Source of the DNA: Patescibacteria group bacterium
GTDB taxonomy: Bacteria > Patescibacteriota > Patescibacteriia > JACRDY01
Assembly (NCBI GenBank): GCA_041671565.1
Contig: JBAZBH010000001.1
Location: 71,552 to 135,551, forward strand
DNA length: 64,000 nucleotides
Reading direction: 5' to 3'
Below are positions 41,014 to 49,921 of this stretch, one piece after another. Within the stretch, counting starts at the first letter, position 1; each line of letters opens with the position of its first letter. The notes below the pieces were generated by a model. The model did not search any database and was not told the origin of the DNA. It was given only the letters and a program-made list of their open reading frames with translations. Both the position numbers and the translations under genes were made by a program.

Positions 41014-42654
41014 CTAATAAATCTCTTTCCGATAACATTCCTCGCAATAAACCTTCTCCGGCCTTTCCGGCGAATAAGTGGTCTCGATTTCCGTCCCGCA
41101 TTGGTCGCATTTTCTTTGGTATAAGTGCCGCGGGTTACGGAGCTGCATGCGGTCTAAATGACGGCAATCAGGGCACTTCCGGGGAATCGGCAAGCCAAAT
41201 TGGCGATAAAAACCAAGCTCCGGCTTGATAATTTTATAGTTTTTGCCGCAAACGACGCACGCCAAAACTTCATTGAGAATATCATCCGGCACCGCCTTGA
41301 TCTCGGCTGGCGTTTGATAAACCTGCTTTTGATATTCCCGCGCGTCTTTCTGTTTCCAAGCCCAACCTTTGGCCTTCACCTCGGCCTCACTCAACGGAAA
41401 ATAATCATTGGCCACGGTTTCGTTATAGGCAAAAGGCGAAATCTGAATTGGGAAAAACTCACCCCACTCCCCGGTCTTTTTTAGATGTTCAATAATTTTT
41501 GGCACTAACTGATTATATTCTTTTTCCGTGTATTCTTTGTTGAGAATGCTAAAATGCCGCTTGCGCATCACGGAACAGCCAAATAAATTTTTACTGCTGT
41601 CGCACCAATCGCTGTAATAAATATCATTGCACTGGTAACAGGCAAAAGAATAAAATGCCCGATAATTTTTCCAGGAAGCGATGTAATCACAGCACAGTTC
41701 GTTGTTTTCCGTGTAATTATTGTCATAGCAATCTTTGAGGTCAATCACCTGCGCCGAGTAAGCGCTGTCCTCGCACCGCTTGGCGTCAAACGACTGCCGG
41801 CAGTTTTTGCTTTCATTGATATAATCGCCGCTAACCCGGACATTTCTCAACCCTTGCAAATATCGCCGCGGCAATTTTAATTTATTTTTTTCCAGCTCGG
41901 CTTTGACTTCTGCCACCTTTCCCGGATTGCACCAATTTAACTCGGCTTTGAACTTTTCATAATCCGCTTCGCTGTATTGGCGGTTGAAAATCTGATGGTG
42001 GACATTCCGCAATCCAGCGCAACCGATACACTCGGAACAACCGCGGCAATCATAGCAATAAAACAAATTGTTACTGTCAAAACAATCCTGGCACCAGCAA
42101 CAGCTGTAAAGATGCTCGGAAGTGACACACTCATAACAAAGTTCGCAGTCGCGGATCAAAAGCGAGTCAACGCAATCTTTGGAATAATAAGGGTTGCCGT
42201 AAAGGCAATTTTCAATAAAAATACTGCCGTAGCAGAGATAACTGTTTTTGGCGTCGCCCAAATAATTGCAATAATCGCTGTTAACGATATTGCCACCAGC
42301 CTGCACCGTGCCAGCGCGCGGCACGGCTTTCAAGAGTTCATCGTATTGGCTAAAAAACGGCCGGCTAAAATCAAACTCCCGGCCAAAAGCCGTCGGATCC
42401 CATTTGTCTGAATACCAACAATCGCGGCAATAAACTTTATAAGGCTTATCCGGCGAATAATTGGATAAGATCTTTTTATGGCAAAGCTGACACTCAGCCG
42501 AATAAAAAACCCGTTCGTTGCGGAGGGCCATCCGGCGCTGAGCGCGGCAATCTGGACAGTGCGTTGGCTCGGCTAAACCAAGCTTAGCGTAGAACGCGCG
42601 GTCCTCGGGGTAGATAGTGAATGGTTGACTGCAATTTTTACATTGCATAAACAT
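41014..42654 (-). CDS. Cys-rich zinc-ribbon/repeat protein, paralog 4 of 4
   Basis: MQCKNC..CPDCR..VYCEECYRKEIY. Confidence 0.85.
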   Translation of the reverse strand: MFMQCKNCSQPFTIYPEDRAFYAKLGLAEPTHCPDCRAQRRMALRNERVFYSAECQLCHKKILSNYSPDKPYKVYCRDCWYSDKWDPTAFGREFDFSRPFFSQYDELLKAVPRAGTVQAGGNIVNSDYCNYLGDAKNSYLCYGSIFIENCLYGNPYYSKDCVDSLLIRDCELCYECVTSEHLYSCCWCQDCFDSNNLFYCYDCRGCSECIGCAGLRNVHHQIFNRQYSEADYEKFKAELNWCNPGKVAEVKAELEKNKLKLPRRYLQGLRNVRVSGDYINESKNCRQSFDAKRCEDSAYSAQVIDLKDCYDNNYTENNELCCDYIASWKNYRAFYSFACYQCNDIYYSDWCDSSKNLFGCSVMRKRHFSILNKEYTEKEYNQLVPKIIEHLKKTGEWGEFFPIQISPFAYNETVANDYFPLSEAEVKAKGWAWKQKDAREYQKQVYQTPAEIKAVPDDILNEVLACVVCGKNYKIIKPELGFYRQFGLPIPRKCPDCRHLDRMQLRNPRHLYQRKCDQCGTEIETTYSPERPEKVYCEECYRKEIY

Positions 42655-42659
42655 TATCT

Positions 42660-42749
42660 CCTACGAATTACGAATCAGCGCGAATGTACGAATTACGAAT
42701 CGCCGTGGTGGCTGGATTCGTACATTCGCGCTGATTCGTAATTCGTAGG
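42660..42749. repeat. TACGAAT-family element with 34-bp perfect inverted arms
   Basis: cctacgaattacgaatcagcgcgaatgtacgaat and its reverse complement. Confidence 0.85.
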
Positions 42750-42755
42750 GGTATT

Positions 42756-43814
42756 TTATTTTTCTAAAATTTCCCCATACTCCATCTCATATATATGCAA
42801 CAGGGTAAAGAAGATCGCAATCACAATCGGCCCGATAAACATGCCCCAAAAACCGAAAGTCAAAATCCCGCCGAAGATAGAAAAGAAAACCAAGAGCGGA
42901 TGAACTTCGGCGCGGCCTTTGATCAACCAAGGGCGGACGATATTGTCCACTAAACTGACCGCCAAAAAGCCCCAAAGTAAAAGGAAGACGCCTTGCCAAA
43001 TTTGCCCCACCAAAAGCAGGTAAATCGCGGCCGGAAACCAGATAATCGCCGAACCGATGTAAGGCAGGAGCGAAAGAAAGGCCATGGTCACGCCGACGAA
43101 AAAGGCCGGGATGCCGATAATCATAAAACCAATGGCGCCGACAATGCCTTGGATCGCGGCGGCGGCAAAACTGCTGACAATCACCGAATAACTGACATCA
43201 CGGAACTTCTGGAATATTTCGCGGTCGTATTTATTGGCGAGCGGCGTCAAATGCATTATCCGCTCCAGCATCTTTTTGCCGTCACGGAAAAGGAAAAAAA
43301 TGGTAAAAAACATAATCAGGAGAGCGGTCAAAAACTCGCCCGTGCTTTTAATAATCGCGGTGCCAGCCGAAACCATGAAATTGGAAATTTGCGAACTGGC
43401 CGAAATCAGATATTGCCGCAGATTGAAAACCGACGGATCAATAAAATTTATCTTGCCGAACCAACTGCTTTTGCCGACCGTCTGTTCCCAGCCGCCGGCC
43501 CCGAGCCAAACCGTCATGGCGCTAAAGCCTTCCAGGGATTTTTGGGATAAATAAAACAAGAAATTGGTTACCGGCAAAATAATAATCAAAGCAATGAGAA
43601 TCACCATAATAAAAGCGGCCAAACTTTGTCGGCCGTGGAGCCGAACTACTAACTTGCTATACCAGCCGTAAAACATAGAAACCAAAATGCTGGAAATAAC
43701 AATCGCGGCGAGGAACGGCTTGAGGAATAAATAAACCAGAAAAAACGCCCCACCGAGCAAAATAAAAAGAAAGATGTGGGATAAATAGTTCTTGGGGTGA
43801 GTGATTACGGGCAT
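42756..43814 (-). CDS. AI-2E family transporter
   Basis: Multi-TM; FFLFRDG, LLPYIGS, DNIVRP, FGFWGMFIGP. Confidence 0.9.
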   Translation of the reverse strand: MPVITHPKNYLSHIFLFILLGGAFFLVYLFLKPFLAAIVISSILVSMFYGWYSKLVVRLHGRQSLAAFIMVILIALIIILPVTNFLFYLSQKSLEGFSAMTVWLGAGGWEQTVGKSSWFGKINFIDPSVFNLRQYLISASSQISNFMVSAGTAIIKSTGEFLTALLIMFFTIFFLFRDGKKMLERIMHLTPLANKYDREIFQKFRDVSYSVIVSSFAAAAIQGIVGAIGFMIIGIPAFFVGVTMAFLSLLPYIGSAIIWFPAAIYLLLVGQIWQGVFLLLWGFLAVSLVDNIVRPWLIKGRAEVHPLLVFFSIFGGILTFGFWGMFIGPIVIAIFFTLLHIYEMEYGEILEK

Positions 43815-43865
43815 AAAATTATTGTTATCCCAAAGGAATCCCTTCGGGGTTTAATATTTAATTAT

Positions 43866-44882
43866 TTATTTTTTACCGACCAGCGCCGCCAGTTCGACCA
43901 AACGATTAGCATAACCCCATTCGTTGTCATACCAAGCCATAACTTTCACTAAATTGCCGCCAACTACTTTGGTTAAGGACAAATCAACAATGGCGGAATG
44001 CGGGTCACCGACAATATCGGAGGAAACCAAAGGTTCCTCGGAAACCGCCAAGATATTTTTGAATAAAGGCTGCTTCTGCGCCCGGCGGAAAGCGCTGTTA
44101 ACCTGCTCAACCGTTACTGTCTTTTTAAGTAGGCAAGTAATATCGGAAATTGAACCGCAAGGCACGGGCACGCGGATAGCAATGCCGTCAAAAATCCCGG
44201 CCATGGCAGGAATAACCCGGCTAACCGCTTTGGCGGCGCCGGTGACTGCCGGCACTTGATTGAGCGCGGCGGCGCGGCCTTCGCGAAAATCTTTATGGTT
44301 CGGCCCGTCAACCAAACCTTGGCTGACAGTATAAGCGTGCGAAGTGGTTAAAAGCGCCTTCTCAATGCCAAAAACATTTTCCAAAACTTGCATCACCGGC
44401 GCGATACAATTGGTGGTGCAAGAAGCGTTGGAAATAATCTTGCCTTCGTTAATCCGCTTTCTAGTGTCTTCAGTGCCTAAAACCAAAGTCTGCTTGATAT
44501 CCTCTTTGCCTAAGGCGGAAATTATCACTTTCTTTGCTCCGGCTTTTAAATGCTGGCCGGCGCCACTGGCATCGGTAAAAAATCCGGTGCACTCCAAAAC
44601 CACATCGACTTGCATTTTTTTCCAAGGCAATTTCTTCGGCTCCTTCTCGCTGAAAACCAAGATCTTCTTGCCGTTAACCAGCAAACCGCCGCCGCCAACC
44701 GAAACCTTTTTCTGGTATCGTCCGTAAACCGAATCGTATTTTAATAAATAAGCCAAACTCTTGATGTCAGCCAAATCGTTAATTGCCACCACTTCAATGC
44801 CTTTTTTCTCTAAAGCCACCTTGAAAGCCTGCCGGCCAATCCGGCCAAAGCCATTAATCGCCACGCGGATTTTGTTTGCCAT
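43866..44882 (-). CDS. gap: Glyceraldehyde-3-phosphate dehydrogenase
   Basis: INGFGRIGR, SNASCTTNC, WYDNEWGY. Confidence 0.98.
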   Translation of the reverse strand: MANKIRVAINGFGRIGRQAFKVALEKKGIEVVAINDLADIKSLAYLLKYDSVYGRYQKKVSVGGGGLLVNGKKILVFSEKEPKKLPWKKMQVDVVLECTGFFTDASGAGQHLKAGAKKVIISALGKEDIKQTLVLGTEDTRKRINEGKIISNASCTTNCIAPVMQVLENVFGIEKALLTTSHAYTVSQGLVDGPNHKDFREGRAAALNQVPAVTGAAKAVSRVIPAMAGIFDGIAIRVPVPCGSISDITCLLKKTVTVEQVNSAFRRAQKQPLFKNILAVSEEPLVSSDIVGDPHSAIVDLSLTKVVGGNLVKVMAWYDNEWGYANRLVELAALVGKK

Positions 44883-45074
44883 AGGGGTGAAAGTTAAGAA
44901 TAATAAGGTTATTATAGCAAAAATTTGGGATAACAGACATGGTTTTATGGTTATATGGTTATATGGTTGGATGAATTAAAGAGTCTAACCATAAAGCCAT
45001 AAAACCATATAACCATTAGATTTAAACAAAAACAAGGCTCAAAGGCCTTGCTAAAATTTATTATTCATCTTGTT

Positions 45075-45878
45075 TTACCAAGAAAGCTTATTTATCGGCA
45101 ATTCCACCACGGTGTCGATTTTTTCCTTTTTATCAAAAATCCGGACATCGACAGTTTCTTTGAGGGTGTGCCAGCCGACGACCACGCCTTGGCCGTTTTC
45201 GGCTTTGACACTGGCGCCGACCGCCGGGAATTTCTTCGCCAGATCCTGATAAACTTCTTTTTCAAAAGCCAAGCAACAGCGCAGGCGGCCGCAACAGCCG
45301 GACAACCTTTCCGAGCCGCGATGCGCCACTTGCTGTTGTTCGGCGAGGTCGGAAGTGATACTGCCCAAGTCTTTGACAAACTTCTGGCAGCACAACTGCC
45401 GGCCGCAAGCGCCGATGTCGCCGCACATTTTCATTTCGTCGCGGATGCCGAGCTGTTGCAGGCGAACATTTTTTTGGTAATGGCGGGTCAAATCTTTCGC
45501 TAGTTCGCGGAAATCAATCCGTCCTTGGGCGATAAAAGCGAACACCAGTCGTTTGCCGTCCAGGGAAAAATGGACATCCACCAGCTTCAAGGGCAGATTA
45601 TATTTGTCAGCCAGTTTTTTGCAATTGTCCATGGCTTCGGCTTTGCCCTGGTCCAAGTCCAACCGCTTCTGCAAATCTTCTTTGGTCGCCTTGCGGGTGA
45701 TCGGTTTAATTTCCTGCTCCGGCGTCGACTCGGCCTCATCCCAGCCAATCACCTTGCCCAAGTCCAAACCCAACTGAGTTTCCACCACCACAAAATCACC
45801 TTCGGCGAGTTTAAGCTCACCCGGGTCGAAAAAATAGGACTTATCCCAGGAAGTAAATTGGATTGAGGCGACACGCAT
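45075..45878 (-). CDS. PSP1/RicT (YaaT) family protein
   Basis: RIDFRELAKDL, GACGRQLCC, SGCCGRLRCCLAFE. Confidence 0.9.
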   Translation of the reverse strand: MRVASIQFTSWDKSYFFDPGELKLAEGDFVVVETQLGLDLGKVIGWDEAESTPEQEIKPITRKATKEDLQKRLDLDQGKAEAMDNCKKLADKYNLPLKLVDVHFSLDGKRLVFAFIAQGRIDFRELAKDLTRHYQKNVRLQQLGIRDEMKMCGDIGACGRQLCCQKFVKDLGSITSDLAEQQQVAHRGSERLSGCCGRLRCCLAFEKEVYQDLAKKFPAVGASVKAENGQGVVVGWHTLKETVDVRIFDKKEKIDTVVELPINKLSW

Positions 45879-45982
45879 GATGAATAAGTATTCAGGGAAC
45901 AGTATTCAGTATTCAGGGAACCATATCCCCGAACACTGAATTTGAACCCCTGAATACTGAATACTGACCCCCGAATACTCTT

Positions 45983-46753
45983 TTAAATTTGGTAATGGGA
46001 GAATTTGACTACCTTGGCGGAACCGAGCAGTTGTTCCACGGTTTGCTGGTCGTCTTTGATATAAGCCTGGTTTAAGAGGCAAACTTCAGAGTAAAATTTG
46101 GCTAATTTGCCGGCGATAATCTTATCCCAAACCGCCGCCGGCTTGTTTTCATTTTGCAACTGTTCGCGATAGATTTCTTTTTCTTTATCAATAATCTCGG
46201 CCGGCACCTCGGCTGGCGACAAATATTTTGGCGCCATCGCCACCACTTGCATGGCGAGATCAATGGCTAACTGCTCACTGCCGTTGTCCAAAACCACAGC
46301 CGCGGCCGCTTTTTTATTGGAATGGAGATAAATGCCGACGACCGGCCCGCTGACCACTTCCGCGGCCGCTAGTTTGATATTCTCCCCGATTTTAATGATT
46401 AATTCTTTATTGATCTTGTCTTCGGCTTTGGCCTTAAACTCAAGCAAATCGGCCGTTAATAATTCTTTGGCAAATTCTTCTACCGCCGCGACAAAATCCT
46501 GATTGCGGGAAACAAAGTCGGTTTCACAAGCGAGGCCAACCACAGCGGTTTTGGCGCCGTCTTGGGCAATGGCAATCAAGCCTTCTTTGGTGCTCCGTTC
46601 GGCCTTCTTGCCGGCTTTTTCCAAACCCTTTTTACGCAAGAGTTCCACCGCTTGATCAAAACTGCCACCAGCTTCTTCCAAAGCTTTTTGGCAGTCAACC
46701 ATACCGGCGCCGGTTTTCTCGCGGAGTTGTTTAATGGCTGAGAAGTCTGACAT
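45983..46753 (-). CDS. tsf: Elongation factor Ts
   Basis: LREKTGAGMVDCQKAL, CETDFV; downstream of rpsB. Confidence 0.97.
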   Translation of the reverse strand: MSDFSAIKQLREKTGAGMVDCQKALEEAGGSFDQAVELLRKKGLEKAGKKAERSTKEGLIAIAQDGAKTAVVGLACETDFVSRNQDFVAAVEEFAKELLTADLLEFKAKAEDKINKELIIKIGENIKLAAAEVVSGPVVGIYLHSNKKAAAAVVLDNGSEQLAIDLAMQVVAMAPKYLSPAEVPAEIIDKEKEIYREQLQNENKPAAVWDKIIAGKLAKFYSEVCLLNQAYIKDDQQTVEQLLGSAKVVKFSHYQI

Positions 46754-46961
46754 ATATAGTACCGATTATATTAATAACTTAACTTATTTTACTAACAATT
46801 CACCATGTTCTGAGAGCCATCTGGCTGGAAGCGATGCGAATGCTACGAATTACATGCGAATCTACGAATGCGGAGCCTTATTTGTAGTATTCGCATGCCT
46901 GCCTTGCCGAATCCGCCGATTTGGCGGAGCAGGCAGGTCATTCGTAGATTGGCATCGCCAT

Positions 46962-47660
46962 TTATTTGGCGGCGGCTTCGGCTTGGCCGAGTTTGACGGC
47001 TTCGGCAATCAAGGAAGTGATTAATTCAATGCTCTTGGTGGCGTCATCATTGCCCGGAATAATATAATCAACTTTTTCCGGATTGACATTGGTGTCGCAG
47101 ATTGCCACCAAAGGAATGTGGCGCGTATTCGCCTCGGTCACCGCGGTTTTTTCCCATTTGATATCCACTAAATAAATCGCCTCGGGAATTTTCTTGAGTT
47201 CGGCAATGCCGCCCACGCGGCCGCTCAGTTTGTCAATTTCTTCCTGAAAACCCAGCTGTTCTTTTTTGGAATAAACCTTAAAGCCGCCGGCGGCCATCTT
47301 GCCTTGCAGATCTTTGTATTTCTTGATTAGTTTCAAAATCACCGGAAAGTTGGTCAAGGTGCCGCCGAGCCAGCGGTGGTTAATATAAGGCATGCCGCAT
47401 TCCTCAGCATATTTTTTGATAATCGGCTGAGCCTGGTCTTTGGTGCCCACAAACAAAACAACACCGCCAGTTTTAACGGTATTGGTAACAAACTCTAACG
47501 CCTCTTTTAACTTCACTTGGGTTTTTTCCAAGTCAAGCAAATGAACGCCGCTCCGCTCCGCAAAAATATATTGCTCCATTTTTGGGTGCCACTTGCCGGC
47601 TTGGTGGCCGAAGTGCATTCCCGCTTTTAACATTTCCTCCAGAGTTGGAAGTTGATACAT
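46962..47660 (-). CDS. rpsB: 30S ribosomal protein S2
   Basis: AGMHFGH, WHPKM, RWLGGTLTN, IPGNDDA. Confidence 0.98.
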   Translation of the reverse strand: MYQLPTLEEMLKAGMHFGHQAGKWHPKMEQYIFAERSGVHLLDLEKTQVKLKEALEFVTNTVKTGGVVLFVGTKDQAQPIIKKYAEECGMPYINHRWLGGTLTNFPVILKLIKKYKDLQGKMAAGGFKVYSKKEQLGFQEEIDKLSGRVGGIAELKKIPEAIYLVDIKWEKTAVTEANTRHIPLVAICDTNVNPEKVDYIIPGNDDATKSIELITSLIAEAVKLGQAEAAAK

Positions 47661-47850
47661 ATTTTTTTCCTTTATTATCCCTCTCAGCCGTTGCCCGGCG
47701 GAAGAAACCGCAGGGAAGGAAATAATCGGCTGATGAGTGATTTCCGCCTATTTTAATAAATAAAGCGGAATAATTATTTAATTTTACCTCTTTTTGAGGA
47801 GGTAGCAATAGTCTATCAAAGAACCGGGGGTTTGGCAAGATGGCAAACCA

Positions 47851-47879
47851 TTGACATTGAATTGAATAAATGCTATATT
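47851..47879 (+). promoter_or_regulatory. Sigma-70 promoter
   Basis: TTGACA-17-TATATT with extended TG. Confidence 0.7.
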
Positions 47880-48026
47880 CTATTGATAATTATGAAGCCG
47901 TAGTTAGCCACAGTTTTTAGTAAAAATAAAGATTTTTATTAAAAACCGTGGCCAATGTCGGACACGGTGAACCTTGAAAACGGGCACGCTTAACCGCACG
48001 CCCACAAACACTAGAAGGAGCACGCT

Positions 48027-48665
48027 ATGGCAAGCCCCGAAGAGTACGCAAAATTGTTCGCCGCGATGAGTAAATTCGCAAATGTCATGAAAAAGGGAGG
48101 GTATGATCTCAAGGATCTTTTCGAAAAACTGTCGGATGATCCTGACCTGTTGGAAAAAGTCGGCAAAGTTGTGGCCAAACCGCGGTTCAGGTTCGAAGTG
48201 GACTACGGTCAACCCCTCGGCGAGCTGGTCACGCTCGTCCGCGAACAACGGCATCGGGTAGTGGAAATCAGCGGACTGGTCGAAAAATTTTACCCCGATC
48301 CGGTCGGAGTCAGCGGTATCGTGAAGGTAAAGGGGTCGGAACTCTTCAACTTCACCGAAGTATTGAACGACCGCGTGATCCGCGTCGCCATGATGACGCA
48401 GGGCTTTAAGCCGGCAAACGCGCGAGAATTCCTGTGCTGGCTGATCGCCTACCCCGACCTTGAGGTCGGCGGACCTTTCCGGCAAAAACCCGTTGCCGCC
48501 CTCGGCGCCGTCTGCGAACAGAGCTGGCCAGATGCCAATAGCCAGATGGCGAACGGCGATCACCTCCAACTGGTCGAGGGGCGCCTGCGACCGCTCGCGG
48601 CCAACTTCGTCTATCCCGCCGGCATACAGTTCCTCGGCGTTCCCATGGAAGGAGGCGTGCGATGA
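48027..48665 (+). CDS. Hypothetical protein resembling CPR DGR-target-like families
   Basis: AAGGAG SD; FEVDY, GFKPANAREFL..YPD..PVAALG; family resemblance is from recall only. Confidence 0.7.
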   Translation: MASPEEYAKLFAAMSKFANVMKKGGYDLKDLFEKLSDDPDLLEKVGKVVAKPRFRFEVDYGQPLGELVTLVREQRHRVVEISGLVEKFYPDPVGVSGIVKVKGSELFNFTEVLNDRVIRVAMMTQGFKPANAREFLCWLIAYPDLEVGGPFRQKPVAALGAVCEQSWPDANSQMANGDHLQLVEGRLRPLAANFVYPAGIQFLGVPMEGGVR

Positions 48666-49600
48666 GACCATCGACTTTATTGGTGCCCGCGATTCTGATC
48701 ATGGTCTACACGATGCTGGCCAACCCTATGCTGTGTGATCGCGCCTGTGACAACTGCAACAATGACGACAAAATCGCTACTGAAGCCACGCCAGAACCGG
48801 AAACAATACTGGATCCGGAAACCACGCTGGAATTAGAAGAGACGCCGGAGCCGATCTGCAAAGAGGTTAGCTACTGCCAAGAACAACCAGTCGGTAAAGG
48901 CGGCTGGCGCTACCATCAACGGTCAATAGCCGAGCAAGTTGAAATTCTGCAAAGCTATTTCCCGCGGCTCAGTTTCGTCGGCCTGGACGAAGCTATGGAA
49001 ATCCCCGACGGCGCAGAAGGGCCGTTCGTGATTCTGAAATGGCAGAGTGTGGCCCCCACTTACAACCGGGCTTTCCAAAAGGTTATAAAAATGATCCTAC
49101 GGAAAAACTATAAAAATATCTGCCAAAAGGATGAGTGTAGTGTGAGGCAAGACCCGGACACGGCCAAAATGATTGATGAGATCAGCGCCAACCAGGCCCG
49201 GGACGCTTTCATACTGCCGGCTCAATGGAGCGACCAACGCTACCATGGCCTTTCAGCCCGAAAAGCTCTTAAACAATTCCTGCCTAACGAGTTCGGCCTG
49301 GACTCGTTCAGCGTCGCCTGCATGTTGTTGACACACCCTGAACGAATCTCCCATTTTTGGGTGGCAATATACGCTACCGGCGGCGTGATTCAAAAAAAAG
49401 TGTCACCAACAACAAGGGGATTAGACTGCGCCCCGCTATTCAGTTACGCATTGCAGTTCGACTCAGTGTCATTCTGCCATTCCTGGGTTGAGCTTAGGAA
49501 CGATTCGACTACCACGGCGACCGGATTCATTCCTCTTGAGTTCGTCTATCCCGCCGGAATGGATTTCCTCGGTGTTCCCATGGAAGGGGGCACGCGATGA
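48662..49600 (+). CDS. Hypothetical exported protein resembling CPR DGR-target-like families
   Basis: ATGA-coupled; signal/TM, E-P-T linker, LPAQW..NEFGL..MLLTHPER..ATGFIP. Confidence 0.7.
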   Translation: MRPSTLLVPAILIMVYTMLANPMLCDRACDNCNNDDKIATEATPEPETILDPETTLELEETPEPICKEVSYCQEQPVGKGGWRYHQRSIAEQVEILQSYFPRLSFVGLDEAMEIPDGAEGPFVILKWQSVAPTYNRAFQKVIKMILRKNYKNICQKDECSVRQDPDTAKMIDEISANQARDAFILPAQWSDQRYHGLSARKALKQFLPNEFGLDSFSVACMLLTHPERISHFWVAIYATGGVIQKKVSPTTRGLDCAPLFSYALQFDSVSFCHSWVELRNDSTTTATGFIPLEFVYPAGMDFLGVPMEGGTR

Positions 49601-49746
49601 AAAAATGGGTCACCATACTCCTTAAAGGAGTGCTCGTGGTGGCGTTAGCCGCCATAACAATTATTTTGGCGATGATAGTGGCGGGGGTGATGGTGGTGAC
49701 AGTCTTCTACTGCGCCATAATTATTGCCGCCGGCGGCCACATGTAA
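49597..49746 (+). CDS. Small hydrophobic protein (49 aa)
   Basis: ATGA-coupled; MKKWVTILLKGVLVVALAAITIILAMIVAGVMVVTVFYCAIIIAAGGHM; hairpin plus T-run at about 49770-49808. Confidence 0.55.
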   Translation: MKKWVTILLKGVLVVALAAITIILAMIVAGVMVVTVFYCAIIIAAGGHM

Positions 49747-49921
49747 TCACACAAACCGTTCATTCGGAAAAACCGCTCAGGTCTATTCGACTGGGCGGTT
49801 TTCTTTTTGGCTGGAGATTAATAGAAACAACGAGGCCGAAGGCCTCGTTACTCCGCTATTTTAACACCTTAAATCTAACCCTCTGGACTCGGGACTTTGG
49901 ACTTTGGACTTTGGACTATTA

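Noticed and set aside
48606-49600. 60-bp repeats as remote VRs of the 27.6 kb TR
   Set aside because: They share only cgccgg with TR and differ at many non-A positions.
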